In this document: one piece after another, positions 61,913-64,000 of the stretch | Layout: the number at the start of each line of letters is the position of its first letter | Numbering within the stretch: the first letter of the stretch is position 1 | Position numbers and translations under genes: made by a program | The notes under the pieces: generated by a model | What the model was told of the DNA's origin: nothing | The model's database searches: none | Seen by the model: the letters and a program-made list of their open reading frames with translations, nothing else | Assembly (NCBI GenBank): GCA_036785375.1 | Contig: JAWMAR010000063.1 | Coordinates: forward strand, 5,766,001 to 5,830,000 | Direction: 5' to 3' | Length of the DNA stretch: 64,000 nucleotides | Origin: Leucoraja ocellata | Lineage: Eukaryota

Positions 61913-62315
61913 ATCTGCACGGTACCTGTTGAAATGTGGTGCCAAAATTGAACACAGCACATCAGGTTATCTATTACTTGTATCTTTTTCCCCTCTGCAT
62001 GCCACTTACTTTTGAGATAAAGCAAATATTTCATTGTACAATAAGATTACATTCTATGCATAAACATTAACTTTAGTGATTTGCATCCAGCTACAGTGCC
62101 AACCATTAAGAAAGAATTTCATTAACTATTTTGGTTACCTGTTAAATGAAATTTGGATGAGAAGATATAATGAGAAATTCCTATCAGAATCATTTCCTGC
62201 TATGTCGCTGTAATCTGCAGTTTTACAGCACCTGCAGTCCACAACCTGACCACCATTCAAGTGTAAAGTGAAGGGGCGATTTAATTGATTTTTGTTTTAT
62301 TGAATTTGGTCCCAG

Positions 62316-62444
62316 GCAGAGGAATTCCACAATGTCGTCCATGGGCTGCTGGAGTGGCTATCTGAGGCTGAGCAATCACTTCGATTCCGAGGAGTTCTAC
62401 CGGATGATGTGGAGGCTCTACAGTCCTTGATCGATCTACACAAG
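62316..62444 (+). CDS. MACF1: MACF1 exon ([14 protein letters not shown]...LIDLHK), 129 nt
   Basis: tcccag|GCA ... AAG|gtgggt. Confidence 0.94.
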
Positions 62445-62501
62445 GTGGGTTGCCCAGCTGAAGGCGATTATTTTAAAACAATCACTCTGGTCGTCTAAAA
62501 A

Positions 62502-62827
62502 GGGGCACACAGTGGCGCAGCTGGTAGAGCTGCAGCCTCATGGTGCCAGAGACCAGGGTTCAATCCAGACCTCGGGTGCTATCTGTGTGAAGTTTACGTG
62601 TTCTCCCTGTAACTGTAGGTTTCCACCGGGTGCTCCATTTCCCTCCCACAACCTAAAGATGTGCAGATGCATAGATTAATTGGACTGTACATTGCCCCTA
62701 GTATGTGGGGAGTAGATGAAAAAGTGGGATAACATAGAGCTGGTATGAATGGGTGATCAATGGTCAGTATAGACTTGGTGGGCCAAAGGACCTGTTTCCA
62801 TGCCGTATTATTTATAAATTAAACTAA
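62502..62827 (+). mobile_element. tRNA-derived V-SINE (HE1-like)
   Basis: A box tggcgcagctgg, B box ggttcaatcc, tail. Confidence 0.85.
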
Positions 62828-63284
62828 AAAGGCTAAATATCAAAATCATAGTATGACATCAATTATGAAATATATGCATTTGACCTTCTGAACTTTAAAA
62901 ACTCAACCTCAAATTACTTTTAGTGATGTTTTGCTTAAACATTATTTAAAGTTAAAGCATTGAGGGCTACCTATTATTAACAGTATTGAAGGCGGATTGT
63001 CTAAATCCTAAGAGTTAAGAACATTTACAAGTTTGCCATGGAATATTCCTGGAAATTAAATTGTAAAAAGCATTTAAGGCTGAAAGGAATAACATAGTAC
63101 TACTGTGTGTATTAAAAAAAAAAAAAGTTTTAAATTAAATATCTGGTTCAATGCGTGCACTGCAAAACTGCAGAACTGAAATTCTTAAACAGTGAATTGT
63201 GTGTGTATTCGAAAAACTTTGACTATATATTTCTTGCATTCAGCACAATAGAACTTAGCTTTAAATTGAGTACCATACTTTGCG

Positions 63285-63450
63285 TGCAAAAAGCAGCAGA
63301 ATACTGGAGGAACTCAATGGTGCAGGCAGCATCTGTGGAGGAAATGGACAGGTGACTTTTTGGGTCAGGACCCTTCTTCGGTCTGAGTTCCTCCAGCACT
63401 TTGTTGTTTTTTGCTCAAGATTCCAGCATCTGCACTTCCTTGTGTCTCCA
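63285..63450. mobile_element. palindromic Penelope-derived terminal repeat (partially deleted)
   Basis: ctggaggaactca...ggcagcatctgtggag...acccttcttc / tgagttcctccagcac...ccagcatctgcacttcctt. Confidence 0.6.
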
Positions 63451-63622
63451 GCGTACGATGCAAAAACTCTTTTAACAGGATTCTGGAAGATAGTTTTTCT
63501 TTTGGACCTGTTCATTTGATTAACTTGATGCAAGGTATGTCATTGTACGGTAGTTTACCATTTACTTTCTCCATTGTACATTACTTCTTTTAAAAGTATT
63601 GTGTTGCTAATTAATATTTCAG

Positions 63623-63766
63623 GAATTTATGAAGAAAGTGGAGGAGAAGCGTGTGGATGTAAATAATGCAGCTGGCATGGGAGAGGCTATATTAGCAGTG
63701 TGCCACCCAGACTGTGTCACCACCGTCAAACACTGGATCACCATCATCCGAGCCCGCTTTGAAGAG
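63623..63766 (+). CDS. MACF1: MACF1 exon ([13 protein letters not shown]...IRARFEE), 144 nt
   Basis: tttcag|GAA ... GAG|gtaagt. Confidence 0.95.
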
Positions 63767-64000
63767 GTAAGTGAGAGTACTGCTGCAGTTCGGAGCATTA
63801 AAAATAAGTTCTATCGCACATAATGTGATTCAAGTCATTTCTTTAGAATGTGCATTTCAAATGTCATTTATGGGGCAAAGAATCATTTCTATTACATTGT
63901 GACAAAATGCCATTGAACCAGAATATTTTTCTATTTTTCCCTGCCTGATTGAGTGGTGCAGTAGCCCCGAGGGGATTGAATATCCTAATTGAGCTTGTGT

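Larger units (their letters stand above)
10631..63766 (+). other. MACF1: MACF1 (microtubule-actin crosslinking factor 1) gene segment: 30 exons encoding spectrin-repeat rod; gene continues beyond window
   Basis: All exons have AG/GT boundaries and compatible phases (total 5067 nt). [28 protein letters not shown] and [12 protein letters not shown] resemble MACF1 more than paralog DST as I recall them. Confidence 0.92.

Noticed and set aside
3784-63593. Most 60-160-aa ORFs in the ORF track (e.g. 53896-54378, 22395-22769, 41802-42188, 48995-49468)
   Set aside because: They are antisense or off-frame shadows of exons, SINE-derived, or random AT-rich intron ORFs with no recognisable motifs.
10793-63622. 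U12-type or non-canonical introns
   Set aside because: All traced introns are GT-AG without the GTATCCTT donor consensus.
10631-63766. Assignment to paralog DST (dystonin/BPAG1)
   Set aside because: Diagnostic stretches ([31 protein letters not shown]) and the nested KIAA0754-like ORF fit MACF1 better. A phylogeny would be decisive.

Overview
This is eukaryotic (vertebrate) genomic DNA, most likely from a cartilaginous fish (skate/ray/shark). That inference rests on HE1-like V-SINEs and CR1/Penelope repeat content. The window lies inside the spectraplakin gene MACF1 on the + strand. I traced 30 GT-AG exons (10631-63766) that join in phase into a 5067-nt, 1689-codon open spectrin-repeat rod segment. 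A candidate 9-nt microexon (Phe-Asp-Glu) lies at 38503-38511. The window opens in a giant acidic ORF resembling KIAA0754, which is open to the left edge and carries internal ~40-aa repeats. A phase-0 splice donor at 3541/3542 could join it in frame to the MACF1 rod. Introns contain a decayed full-length Tc1 (IR/DR-type) transposon, CR1 and Rex1/Babar LINE fragments, tRNA-derived V-SINEs, Harbinger-like and piggyBac-like MITEs, and many Penelope-derived terminal repeats. These terminal repeats carry minimal hammerhead-ribozyme cores, often in palindromic arrangement. Protein and repeat family assignments come from recalled similarity, not database searches. Repeat boundaries are approximate.
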